A stretch of 64,000 nucleotides of DNA from Candidatus Bathyarchaeota archaeon (lineage in GTDB: Archaea > Thermoproteota > Bathyarchaeia > Bathyarchaeales > Bathycorpusculaceae), in the NCBI GenBank assembly GCA_963768425.1, contig CAVYHV010000008.1, positions 96,001 to 160,000 on the forward strand, in the 5' to 3' direction. The notes under the pieces are model-generated. The model did no database searches, had not been told where the DNA came from, and saw only the letters and a list, made by a program, of their open reading frames with translations. Both the position numbers and the translations under genes were made by a program. Positions 54,283-64,000 of this stretch are shown piece after piece (the first letter of the stretch is position 1; every line of letters begins with the position of its first letter).

Positions 54283-54612
54283 TCTTTTGCGAGTTTGCTT
54301 TTTGTGTTAGTTTCTTGTCACAAATAATGGGGTATCCTATTGGTTGGCGGTGAAACAATTATTCAACCAAATAAACTTTTGCAGCCAATAAATCAGATCC
54401 CTAACACTTTTGACAATTGCCGGGGGCATATTACATGCTTCTGTAATGTACTAAGATAGCATCTCTATTTGGTGGATTACCTTTCGCATTTGCTCCTTGA
54501 ACCAGAATTTTGTGGCAGATTATGCAGAGGATTTATGACCAACGCCTGAATGCTGAAAGAAGAATTTGCAAAATAGAGGTTAAGGGGTTTCCTTTTTGTC
54601 AAAAATAACTTT

Positions 54613-54905
54613 TTAACCGCCGCCTACTGGTGGCAAAATCGCCAGCACATCCCCTTCTCGAAGCTCCGTTTGCAGTCCATGCAAAGTTGAGGTGCTGTTG
54701 CCGTTGACAAGAAACTGCAAGAAACCTTTGGGCTGCCCAGTTCTGCCTTCGTAAACGTAATCTGTGAAGGTGGCGCCGTATTTTTCTGAAAGAATTTTGA
54801 GAACCGAGTCAACTGTCACCTTTCTCCCTTGAAGGTCAGGGTTTCCTCTCTTTTGTTTACGATTTCCCGAAGGGAAGTGAAGAAGCGAACTTTAATCTCG
54901 ACCGT
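54613..54905 (-). CDS. MoaD/SAMP ubiquitin-like protein; frameshift near 54825, start codon uncertain
   Basis: VEIKVRFFTSLRE N-terminus in an upstream frame; ends GDVLAILPPVGGG. Confidence 0.85.
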
Positions 54906-55355
54906 CTCGGTTTACCCCCACCTAATACTGGAAAACCCGAAAAATAACCATTGCCCTGTATGAACCGTTAAATCCATCGTTAAGCCCGAAATTGACCCCT
55001 GTAATTTGCTGCCTTATTTGTCTGTGATGAAAAGTCTTGGCTGAGGCTCTGGAAGAAATTAAGGAAGAAAGATGGAAATGGGGAATTGCAGTAAATCCAT
55101 CGTTGGTTTAACCAGGCCTCAGCCAATAATTAAACAGAAATTACAAGTTACATATATTATTTTTCCCAAATTACACATAAATGTTAAGAAAATGTAAGAA
55201 AAAACTTGAAACAATTTAAAAAGAGACTAAAAGCTGGCTTGAAACGGGTCATGTGAAAATTGTGATCAGAAACTGTCAGGCGCGTTAAAATTGAAGAAGT
55301 CGATGACCGACTTGTTTATCTTTCAAGCAGTCGAACTTTCCTTTGAGTGAGATGT

Positions 55356-56124
55356 ATGAAGCTGAGTCTGTCGAATGGAATCTTCAGCAAATTAAGCTTG
55401 AATGAGAACTTTGTGGCGGTCAAGCAACTCGGGTTTGAAAACATCGAATTCAACATGAAATCCATAAAGAAAGAGCATGACCGAGACGTCTATCGGGAGC
55501 AAAAAGCCCTTGCTGCTTCGGGGTTGAGTTGCTTAACGCTTCACTCGGCTATTCTGCACGTGAAAGACCCCATCGAGGTGCACCAGGCAGTTTACTACGG
55601 AAAAATCTCGCTTGAATGTGCTCGCGCCCTTGGCGTTTCACTTGTAACCGTACACTCAGATGTTTCAAAGAAGCTTCCCCGCAACGTCAGAGAAAGATGT
55701 CTATATGAGATTTTTAACGACGAAATCAAGCCTTTCGCGAAAAAGCTGGGTATTAAGTTGGCTTTGGAAAACCTTTCTTACACGTCGACTGGTTTTGGCA
55801 AAAACGTTGAGCAGCTCGAAGAAGTCCTATCTCATAATAGACGACGGCAATATGGGAATAACGTTTGATTTTGCCATGCGCTGGAAACCAAACAAACAGA
55901 CAACCTTCTTGAGAAATATGGCAGCCGCGTCTGCAACGTTCATATGGCGAATAAATCGCATATCCCCTTCACAGAACCCAAACCCGAACTTCTTTCGTTC
56001 CTCACAAAGCTTCACTGACTTCGGCTATGATGGGCCAATAACGTTGGAGCTTGTGCACGACACGCCTATGGAAGAAATCGCAAAATGCAAAGCCCTTTTT
56101 GACAGGCTTCTAAGCGAGTTTTGA
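55356..56124 (+). CDS. Sugar phosphate isomerase/epimerase (TIM barrel); several frameshifts after ~55830
   Basis: GFENIE, LALENL, ITFD, GYDGPITLE. Confidence 0.75.
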
Positions 56125-56294
56125 TGTTTTAGAAAGAGGCGAGAGGCGTATTTCTGTGCGTTTATAAGCGTGGGCTCCGTTATGTACATGAAGAGTTTCT
56201 TTTGTTCTCTGGGTTAAGCCAGTTGGAGTCACTGATTCTTTTCTAAAAAGAGAACAGAGAAGGGGTAAAAAAACTTGTATTTTATGGGTGGAGC

Positions 56295-56570
56295 ATGGGC
56301 TCTGGAAGAAAACTCGCGAGAAAGTTCTCGCAAAACAAAAGCGGCGACGAGGGGACTCAATATATGGTTAATATCGGTGACCAGAGGAAGTGTCCCGAGT
56401 GCGAAACAATCGGGTCGGTCGTTTGGGTGTCGCTTGATAAAAAAACGATGGGTGTGCGATGCCGTATGAGTCATCGGGAAACAAACAGGTCAGCGTCCAA
56501 ATACGGCGGGCGTGTTGCCGCGTCAACGAAGACAAGAAAAAACGTGGTTTTCATAACCTCAGTAAGCTAA
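56295..56570 (+). CDS. Small Zn-binding hypothetical protein (start may be the Met at 56364)
   Basis: CPEC ... C...H. Confidence 0.5.
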   Translation: MGSGRKLARKFSQNKSGDEGTQYMVNIGDQRKCPECETIGSVVWVSLDKKTMGVRCRMSHRETNRSASKYGGRVAASTKTRKNVVFITSVS

Positions 56571-56644
56571 AATTGCGGTGGTTTGAGCTACTTTTTCGTT
56601 TGCTCTTTGTTAAGGGAGAATCTCGTTTGCACCCATGCGGATTG

Positions 56645-56956
56645 CTACATAACGTAGACGTCTTGAATGGTTACTAATCCATTGTCCCCGACTATCCGTT
56701 TCAAATCAGGAAGAAGCGGTTCAAGCTTTGACTCCTCATCAATCACTTCAATAATTATGGGCATGTTAACCGTGACGCCTTCCCGCTTCAAGGTTGACTT
56801 GCCTCGTTTTCCGAACCCGTCGACTCCTGTCCAAACGGTGGCGCCGCTGACTCCTGCCTTAGTCAACAAATCTATAACGAGGGGTTCAAGCCGTTTGCCG
56901 CCGATTTCATCGTTCTTCTTGAACCTGATTGTTAAGCTCCACATTTTAAGTCTCAT
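56645..56956 (-). CDS. DUF190 (PII-like) protein
   Basis: GVSGATV..GVDGFG..MPIIIEVID; usual partner of crcB. Confidence 0.88.
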   Translation of the reverse strand: MRLKMWSLTIRFKKNDEIGGKRLEPLVIDLLTKAGVSGATVWTGVDGFGKRGKSTLKREGVTVNMPIIIEVIDEESKLEPLLPDLKRIVGDNGLVTIQDVYVM

Positions 56957-57343
56957 TCAACGATCCTCGACATCAAAGTGTTACCCGCTACTTTCCCAGT
57001 TACCACTGCGCCCAAAGATAACCCGACGTTAGCTAATATGTTCAACGCCACCAAAATAAAGCGGTTGCTATCCATGAGGTTGCTGGTCTCCAACGCAAAG
57101 GACGACATGGTTGTGAAAGCCCCGCAGAACCCCGTGGCAACAAACAAAGAATAATTCGAATCCAAGTTCAGAGCAATTGACAAAACTGAGAAAAGTCCAA
57201 GTAGTGAAGCTGCCGACAACGTTAACCACTAAAACGTTCACTGGCAACCCGGCGAGGGTTTTGGGTGAAGCAACCATTGCGTAACGGAGAAAAGCGCCGA
57301 CTATTGCGCCCACCGCTAAGAGTACGAATTCAATCATTTTCAT
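56953..57343 (-). CDS. crcB: Fluoride efflux channel CrcB/Fluc; frameshift near 57205
   Basis: GAIVGAFLRY, VNVVGSF, TGFCGAFTTMSSF. Confidence 0.92.
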
Positions 57344-57369
57344 GTGTGCCTACCTTGGTTTGGTTTTGG

Positions 57370-57431
57370 GTAGGCATTATCAGCATCCAAGGAGCGGTTC
57401 TGACCAGAGGTCAAGGCTAATGCCATAGCAC
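57370..57431 (-). promoter_or_regulatory. Fluoride riboswitch
   Basis: Minus strand GCTATGGCATTAGC...AACCGC...GCTGATAATGCCTAC; GGCATT/AATGCC pseudoknot; directly upstream of crcB. Confidence 0.9.
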
Positions 57432-57626
57432 AGGTTTCAGTCAAAAGATTAGCCGGAAATTATTATATTTATTGGATGGAGAAACTGGGGTTTCCCCATA
57501 TTTTGGTTGAAAAACCAAGCTTTTCTGTCTCAACGCTATACAGCTTCCATTAGACCTGAAAATTAGGCTTTTCCGAAACCTAAAATAAGCTGGCAACAAA
57601 ACTGTACCCATTTGAGGTTTAAAGGC

Positions 57627-58880
57627 GTGTCATCCATCATCGAAGACCTCATTGCAAGAAAAGTTTTCAACAACCGCGGAGAAGAAACCATCGAGGTTGA
57701 TGTAATCACCACAGGTGGCTTCGGAAGAGCTGCTGCTCCCGCTGGAAAAAGCCGCGGTAAAGCCGAGGTAGCTTATTACCCGCAGGGCGGAGTCGAAGCA
57801 GCCATCAAGAAAGTTGACGACTTAATTGCTCCTGAACTTGCAGGTTTGAACGCTGATTTTCAAGAGGAAATCGACAGCACCCTCCACGAAGTTGACGGCT
57901 CAACAGATTTTAAGAACATCGGCGGAAACACAGCTTTCGCCATCTCATTGGCCAACGCTGAAGCTGCAGCGAACAGCCACGGACTTTTGCTTTTCCAGTT
58001 CTTAGGCGGAAACGCCGCAAATACATTGCCATACCCGCTTGGCAACTGCATAAGCGGCGGCCAACATGCAAGAGGCAAAGCACCAGACATCCAAGAATAC
58101 CTTGCACTTCCGCATGGCGCTGAAACTTTCCTTGAGGCACAAACCGCTAACACTCTGATTCACAAAAAAATCGGGGATTCGTTGAAGAAGAAAAGCACAA
58201 CTTTTAACGGCGGCAAAAGCGACGAAGGCGCCTGGATAGCTAATATTGACACAACAGACGCGTTTGAAGTCATTGCCAAAGCCTGCGAAGAAGTCGGCAA
58301 CGAACTCGATTTTGAATGCGGCTTCGGCATAGACGTCGCCGCATCTTCGCTTTGGAAGCCTAAAGAAGAAAAATATGTTTATCCAAGCGAAGGCAAAAAA
58401 CTTGAAACCGCTGAGCAACTTGAGTTCATGCTTGAGCTAATCGAGAAGTACCATCTCGCCTACGTTGAAGATCCGTTTAACGAAGAGGATTACGAAAGCT
58501 TCGCTGAATTGACCCGCAAAACCAAGAACTGCTTGATCTGCGGCGATGATTTGTTCACAACTAATACTGAAAGGTTAAATAATGGAATTAAGATAAACGC
58601 TGGAAACGCCATCATAATAAAAGTCAACCAGATTGGCACGCTAAGTGATGCAACTCAAACAATTGAAACAGCGCAGAGACACGGATACGACCCTGTTGTA
58701 TCCCACCGTTCAGGCGACACATGCGATTGGCACATTGCCCACTTGGCGGTAGCATACAAGTGTCCCCTCATCAAAACAGGGGTCGTGGAAGGCGCACGCA
58801 TAGCCAAACTCAACGAGCTGATAAGAATCGAGCATTTCCTTGCGCACCGAGCCAAAATGGCTGATTTAAAAATACGTTAA
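57627..58880 (+). CDS. eno: Enolase
   Basis: DIQEY, DEG, GIDVAAS, EDPF, GDDLF, KVNQIG, SHRSG. Confidence 0.93.
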   Translation: MSSIIEDLIARKVFNNRGEETIEVDVITTGGFGRAAAPAGKSRGKAEVAYYPQGGVEAAIKKVDDLIAPELAGLNADFQEEIDSTLHEVDGSTDFKNIGGNTAFAISLANAEAAANSHGLLLFQFLGGNAANTLPYPLGNCISGGQHARGKAPDIQEYLALPHGAETFLEAQTANTLIHKKIGDSLKKKSTTFNGGKSDEGAWIANIDTTDAFEVIAKACEEVGNELDFECGFGIDVAASSLWKPKEEKYVYPSEGKKLETAEQLEFMLELIEKYHLAYVEDPFNEEDYESFAELTRKTKNCLICGDDLFTTNTERLNNGIKINAGNAIIIKVNQIGTLSDATQTIETAQRHGYDPVVSHRSGDTCDWHIAHLAVAYKCPLIKTGVVEGARIAKLNELIRIEHFLAHRAKMADLKIR

Positions 58881-58896
58881 CAGAGAAAGTGAAAGT

Positions 58897-59697
58897 ATGT
58901 CTGAAGACGAAGTAAAAGATAATCTACCCGAAGAAAACCAAGTGGAAAACTTAGAAGAACCAGTTGAAGAGGAAGCTGCCCCACAAGAACAGCAAGCAGA
59001 GGAACCTGTAGCTGAAGAAGCTGCGCCTGTTGAAGGCGAAGCGGCTCAAGAAGCCCCAACACCAGAAGTTCCACCTGGCGAGGAATTACTTTTGCCACGC
59101 GACACATTGCTGTCGGCAGGTATCCACATCGGCACAAGGATGAAAACCCTGGACATGGAACCATTCATCTACCGAGTTCGCCCAGATGGACTATTCGTGC
59201 TTGACGTTAAAAAAACTGATGACCGAATAAGAGTCACCGCAAAGTTCCTATCACGCTATGATCACGCCAAAATTGCAGTTGCAGCAACCAGACTATATGC
59301 GCAGGAACCAATCAAAATGTTCTGCAAACTCACAGGCGCAACTCCGTTAATAGGCAGATTTATCCCGGGGCAACTGTCTAACCCACAGTATCCAGGTAGA
59401 ATCGACCCTGAAGTTATTGTTGTCTCTGACCCGCGGGCAGACGCACAGGCAGTCAAGGAAGCAGGCAGAGTCGGCATTCCAATCGTCGCATTATGCAGCA
59501 CCGACAATGAGTTTGCAGGCGTCGACCTTGTAATCCCAACAAATAACAAAGGAAGAAGAGCATTAGCTGTCATATTCTGGCTGCTTGCAAGGCAATTACT
59601 CCGTGAAAGAGGCGAAATCGGTCCAGACAAAGACCCGCCGGTAACCATCGATGACTTCGAAGCAAAGGTGACACGCGAAGAGGAGGAGGAACCCTAA
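58897..59697 (+). CDS. rps2: 30S ribosomal protein S2 with acidic N-terminal extension
   Basis: AGIHIGT, GRFIPG, DPRAD.QAVKEA, IPTNNKG. Confidence 0.95.
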   Translation: MSEDEVKDNLPEENQVENLEEPVEEEAAPQEQQAEEPVAEEAAPVEGEAAQEAPTPEVPPGEELLLPRDTLLSAGIHIGTRMKTLDMEPFIYRVRPDGLFVLDVKKTDDRIRVTAKFLSRYDHAKIAVAATRLYAQEPIKMFCKLTGATPLIGRFIPGQLSNPQYPGRIDPEVIVVSDPRADAQAVKEAGRVGIPIVALCSTDNEFAGVDLVIPTNNKGRRALAVIFWLLARQLLRERGEIGPDKDPPVTIDDFEAKVTREEEEEP

Positions 59698-59701
59698 AAG
59701 G

Positions 59702-60553
59702 TTGCCGACTATTCGGCGTCCAACCGTCGCAGGCCAATTTTATGAAGCCGACGCCGAAGAGCTCAGAGCACAAATTAAAAGTTGTTTCCTCCACAAGATA
59801 GGTCCACAAGAACTTCCAAAAGTAAACCAGAATACTCACCCGCGAAGCATCGTCGGGTTAATTTGCCCCCACGCGGGCTACATGTATTCAGGCCCAGTGG
59901 CCGCATCTGCTTTTTACGAGTTAGCGAAAGATGGCAAACCAGACACCGTTGTCCTCCTAGGTCCAAACCACACCGGCTACGGTAGCGCATTAAGCATGAT
60001 GAGGGAGGGCGTTTGGCAAACACCGCTTGGCAAAGTGGAAATAGATACAGCGTTAGCTGATCAGATAAGACAGGAAACCAGCGTCATAGAAGTCGACGAC
60101 GTCGCCCACCGCTATGAACACTCGATCGAAGTGCAACTGCCGTTTCTACAATTTCTTTACGGTGATACATTCAAGATTGTTCCCATCTGTTTTCTGATGC
60201 AGGATTACGAATCAGCCGTTGAAGTCGGTGGCGCGCTTGAAGAAGCTTTGGACACCGCTAACACAGTTGTTATCGCTTCTTCAGACATGACACATTATGA
60301 AACCGCAAAAAAGGCTTCTGAAAAGGATCAGGCAGCGCTCAAAGCGGTTACAGATTTGGATGCGAAACGCTTCTACGATATAGTTGAGGCGCAAAACATC
60401 ACCGCATGTGGCTATGCACCTATAACGGCTTTAATCACATATGCAAACGGCGTGTGTGCTAAGGCTAAACTTTTGAACTATCATAATAGCGGCGACATAA
60501 CAGGCGACCACTCCAGCGTTGTAGGCTACGCAGCTGTGAGCTTCAGGAAATAA
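59702..60553 (+). CDS. MEMO1 family protein (AmmeMemoRadiSam protein B)
   Basis: VAGQFY, PHAGYMYSG, GPNH, EHSIEVQLPFL, SSDMTHY. Confidence 0.93.
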   Translation: MPTIRRPTVAGQFYEADAEELRAQIKSCFLHKIGPQELPKVNQNTHPRSIVGLICPHAGYMYSGPVAASAFYELAKDGKPDTVVLLGPNHTGYGSALSMMREGVWQTPLGKVEIDTALADQIRQETSVIEVDDVAHRYEHSIEVQLPFLQFLYGDTFKIVPICFLMQDYESAVEVGGALEEALDTANTVVIASSDMTHYETAKKASEKDQAALKAVTDLDAKRFYDIVEAQNITACGYAPITALITYANGVCAKAKLLNYHNSGDITGDHSSVVGYAAVSFRK

Positions 60554-60967
60554 GCATACGAGTGGTTTTTTGGATGATGTTCACCGATGGCAAGGTGGGC
60601 AAGCGAGATAGGGGTCTCAGTTACCAAGCGGTTGTGGCTTCAAGATGTAACAACATCATCTTATATTCTATTTCTGTGTAAAATGATTTGAGCGAGAAAG
60701 GAAAAAGCAAGGGATTGCCAACAAACAGTTGGGCGGTCCGGCTGGTAACAAGGTGATGAGGCGTCTTTGCCCAATCAATTTTTGCTTCTCCCCTGTTAAC
60801 GCTTGGCTTGACCTCCTAACGCTACTTTTACCCCACCAAACTAAACTTGTTGAATAAGTGTTTTGCGAGCAATTTTTAATTTCGGTTTTGTCTTCTGAGC
60901 AACCACTTGGTAAAAAAGAATGTTTTTATTAGAATTGATACAATAGCTCCTTTCATCGGTGACATTA

Positions 60968-61909
60968 ATGGGTAAAGGTTCGGGTTACGGCAAAGTGATT
61001 TTGTTGGGTGAACACTTCGTTGTTCATGGTGCTCCCGGAATCGTCTCCGCGATTGACTCCACAACCGACGCTGAAGTCAAAAAGGCTGTCAAAGGTATCA
61101 ACATCCGGGACGAACGGAAAACCGCTAAGGGCTACAGTGAAGAAAAACGTCTCCAACAAATCGAATCAATCGAGAGAATGCTAAAAACCATGGGCATCGA
61201 CTCCAAAATCGGACTTGACATATGGATTGGCGGGACTCTTCCAGGCTTTAGTGGGCTAGGCGCTTCAGCGGCAAGCAGCGTCGCCATCGCAAGAGCCATA
61301 GCACAGGAACTCGGAATGCTAGTTTCCGACGAAAAAATTAACCAGGTCGCCTACGAAGCAGAGAAAGCTTACGCTGGTAACCCTTCAGGCATCGACAACA
61401 CTGCTGCAACTTACGGTGGTTTGATGTGGTTCAAAAAAGACGTGGCGGGTGGACCAGACAAGATTGAAAAACTGCATGTACGTAGACCAATTGAAATAGT
61501 CATCGGCAGCACAGGCAAGGTTGCGAATACCAAAGCTATGGTGGAAGGCGTTGCTGAACGCAAAAAGAAAAACCCAGCGAAATATGACCCAATTTTTAAG
61601 CAAGCTGAAAACCTGGCGGTTGCAGGACGGAAAGCGCTCGAAGCTTATGACCTTAAAAAAGTCGGTGACCTCATGAATGAAAACCATCGTTTGCTCCAAG
61701 AAATTGGCGTATCCAGCAAAGACCTCGACATGCTTGTTGATTTGGCACGGAAACAGGGTGCCTTCGGCGCGAAACTCACTGGAGGAGGCGGCGGCGGATG
61801 CATGGTTGCGTTAACTCCTGGAAAAGAGTTGCAGGGCAAAGTTCTAAGCTCCATTAAAAGCTTAGGTTTTGAAGTGCTCAGCACAAAGATCGGCGCTGAA
61901 AGGTATTAG
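60968..61909 (+). CDS. mvk: Mevalonate kinase
   Basis: GKVILLGEHFVVHG, GLGASAA, PSGID, AKLTGGGGGG. Confidence 0.93.
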   Translation: MGKGSGYGKVILLGEHFVVHGAPGIVSAIDSTTDAEVKKAVKGINIRDERKTAKGYSEEKRLQQIESIERMLKTMGIDSKIGLDIWIGGTLPGFSGLGASAASSVAIARAIAQELGMLVSDEKINQVAYEAEKAYAGNPSGIDNTAATYGGLMWFKKDVAGGPDKIEKLHVRRPIEIVIGSTGKVANTKAMVEGVAERKKKNPAKYDPIFKQAENLAVAGRKALEAYDLKKVGDLMNENHRLLQEIGVSSKDLDMLVDLARKQGAFGAKLTGGGGGGCMVALTPGKELQGKVLSSIKSLGFEVLSTKIGAERY

Positions 61910-61914
61910 GGTGG

Positions 61915-63231
61915 ATGGCCAAGTTGGGTTTAAGAAGTTTCATCGAAGTGCTCGACAAAAACGGCGAATTAACACGAATAACCAAGCCGGTTTCCGCCGA
62001 GTACGAGTTAGCAGGCATAATTGAGGCTTTGCGTGAGAAGCCTGTGTATTTTGAGAAAGTTAAAGAGTCAATGTACCCTGTTGTTGCAGGGCTTGTTTCA
62101 TCTAAAGAGTTTATCGCGAGGTCGCTTGGTGTGCAGAAAGACAAGTTACTACCCAAATTATCAGGCGCGATCGAACATCCAGAGCCGCCACAAATCATCA
62201 AAAGGGGAGCATGCCAAGAGGTCGTGGAAACAGACGTCGACTTATGCAAGCTCCCCATAATGCGTTACACCGAAAAAGACGGCGGAAAATACATCGCGTC
62301 AGCTGTAACAATCATCAAAGACCCTCAATTAGGCAGAAACATGTGTTTCCATCGCCTCATGCTTAAAGACAAGGACCATTTTGTCGCCCGCATCGTTGAA
62401 GAACGCGGAACTGACACTGCGCTCAAAAAATCTGGCGGCGAACTCGACGTAGCCATCTGCATCGGCAGCTCGACCGCTGTTCTACTTTCTGCTGCAACCT
62501 CGATGCCTAAAGGAGTGGATGAATTGGGAATGTCGAACGCACTGGAGAAAACCGAACTTGTCAAGTGCAGAACGGTTGATTTGGAAGTGCCAGCGGACTG
62601 CGAGTTTGTTCTTGAAGGACGAATCACAAAAGAGAGGGCTACTGAAGGACCATTCTTGGATTTGACGGGCGTGGTTGACCGGATACGTCAGCAGCCAGTT
62701 GTCGAAATCAAATGCGTTACGCACCGCAAGAACCCTATTTATCAGACGATTCTCGCTGGCAAAAACGAGCACAAATTTCTCATGGGCATGCCAAAGGAAC
62801 CGACCATCTACCATGAAGTCAATAAGGTTTGTCAATGTAAAGACGTCTACATCACGCCTGGCGGATGTAGTTGGCTCCACGCCGTCGTGCAGATTAAGAA
62901 GCAGAATGCTGATGACGGCAAAAAAGCAATAGCAGCCGCTTTCGAAGGCCACAAATCGCTAAAACACGTGGTTGTCGTCGACGAAGACATTAACATTTAT
63001 GACTCCAACGAGGTGGAGTGGGCGATTGCGACAAGGTTCCAAGCTGACAAAAACACAGTTATCTTGTCAAACCAACCTGGGTCATCACTTGACCCGTCAG
63101 GCGACTTGAGTGAAGGCAAGAAAGCAACCACAGCCAAAGCAGGGTTAGACGCGACCATACCTCTCGTGACAACTGGGAAAGGCTTCAAGAAAGAAGAATA
63201 TGATAAAGTGGACTTAAAAATGTACATGTGA
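61915..63231 (+). CDS. UbiD-family decarboxylase, likely anhydromevalonate phosphate decarboxylase
   Basis: EGPF.D, VDEDI, EVEWAIATRFQ, SLDPS; flanked by mvk and aconitase X. Confidence 0.85.
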   Translation: MAKLGLRSFIEVLDKNGELTRITKPVSAEYELAGIIEALREKPVYFEKVKESMYPVVAGLVSSKEFIARSLGVQKDKLLPKLSGAIEHPEPPQIIKRGACQEVVETDVDLCKLPIMRYTEKDGGKYIASAVTIIKDPQLGRNMCFHRLMLKDKDHFVARIVEERGTDTALKKSGGELDVAICIGSSTAVLLSAATSMPKGVDELGMSNALEKTELVKCRTVDLEVPADCEFVLEGRITKERATEGPFLDLTGVVDRIRQQPVVEIKCVTHRKNPIYQTILAGKNEHKFLMGMPKEPTIYHEVNKVCQCKDVYITPGGCSWLHAVVQIKKQNADDGKKAIAAAFEGHKSLKHVVVVDEDINIYDSNEVEWAIATRFQADKNTVILSNQPGSSLDPSGDLSEGKKATTAKAGLDATIPLVTTGKGFKKEEYDKVDLKMYM

Positions 63232-63236
63232 TATTC

Positions 63237-64000
63237 ATGCGGTTGACTAAGCAGGAACAGAAAATGCTTGAAGGCGCCGAAGGTTATGCTGTGCGGAAAA
63301 GCATGGAAATCCTCGTTGCTTTAGGGGAAATTTACGGCGCAGAAAGTCTCATCGAGGTGGGCAGCGTCCAGGTGTCAGGTGTATCATACAACAACCTCGG
63401 CGACGCTGGGCTAGAATTTCTCGATGAACTGGCAAGGGACGGCAAAGTGCGAGTTCTTACAACTCTTAACCCAGCAGGCATGGATCTTGAAAACTGGCGC
63501 AATCTTGGCATCAGCGCAGAATTCGCTGAAAAACAAAACCTCGTCATAAAAGCCTTTGAGAAAATGGGGATACTTGTCAGCTGCACATGCACGCCCTACC
63601 TGATAGGTAACCTGCCACTTTTTGGCGAACACATAGCGTGGTCAGAAAGCTCAGCAGTCACGTTTGCGAACTCGGTGATTGGCGCAAAGACAAACAAGGA
63701 AGGCGGACCTTCTGCTTTGGCAGCGGCGTTCGTGGGAAAGACGCCTTGTTACGGGCTTCATCTGGATAAGAATCGGGTTCCCGATGTACATGTGCATGTC
63801 AGGGCGAATTTGTCGAAGCTTTCTGATTGGGGCGCACTGGGCTACTCAATAGGAATGATGGCAGAAAACAAAATCCCTTACATAACAGGCATCAAGGCGA
63901 CGGATTTGGATGAGCTTAAATCGTTCTGTGCGTCGGTCGTGACCTACGGTGCCAAACCCCTCTTCTACATCAAGGGGATAACACCAGCGTCGGAGCAGCA
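63237..64000 (+). CDS. Aconitase X large subunit (phosphomevalonate dehydratase), 3'-truncated by window edge
   Basis: Manual translation MRLTKQEQKMLEG..SGVSYNNLGDAGLEFL..TLNPAG..CTCTPY..WSESSAV..NSVIGAKTN.EGG. Confidence 0.9.
   Translation, partial: MRLTKQEQKMLEGAEGYAVRKSMEILVALGEIYGAESLIEVGSVQVSGVSYNNLGDAGLEFLDELARDGKVRVLTTLNPAGMDLENWRNLGISAEFAEKQNLVIKAFEKMGILVSCTCTPYLIGNLPLFGEHIAWSESSAVTFANSVIGAKTNKEGGPSALAAAFVGKTPCYGLHLDKNRVPDVHVHVRANLSKLSDWGALGYSIGMMAENKIPYITGIKATDLDELKSFCASVVTYGAKPLFYIKGITPASEQ

Noticed and set aside
58897-59080. Acidic EEPVxEEAAP repeats at the S2 N-terminus
   Set aside because: Ordinary low-complexity extension.

Overview
Archaeal chromosomal segment, most likely Bathyarchaeia (inferred from gene content: F420-dependent Mtd, TFB, Alba, L24e/S28e/L7Ae/L40e, archease/RtcB, modified mevalonate pathway, GH57/GT4 glycogen genes, many TTG/GTG starts). 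It is mostly housekeeping: glycolysis, a complete DAP-aminotransferase lysine operon, translation and transcription genes, tRNA-Gly(TCC) and a fluoride riboswitch-crcB unit. The main discovery is a ~6.1 kb integrated element (12049-18180) inserted into the 3' end of a protein-coding glycosyltransferase gene rather than a tRNA. Its att site lies inside its own tyrosine integrase gene, which is split SSV1-style into a 5' piece at the right end and a catalytic piece at the left end. The att DNA is read in two frames, as the host GT C-terminus and as the integrase N-terminus. The element also carries a HUH rolling-circle Rep, hairpin repeats and membrane-protein cargo. Other notable items are two inverted, 10-bp-phased GAC/GTC arrays upstream of a double-AbrB gene beside tRNA-Gly, and an Mtd next to a TraB-like::MtdA fusion. 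Frameshifts in several housekeeping genes suggest indel errors in the assembly, so disruptions should be read cautiously. All family calls come from motif recognition, with no database search run.
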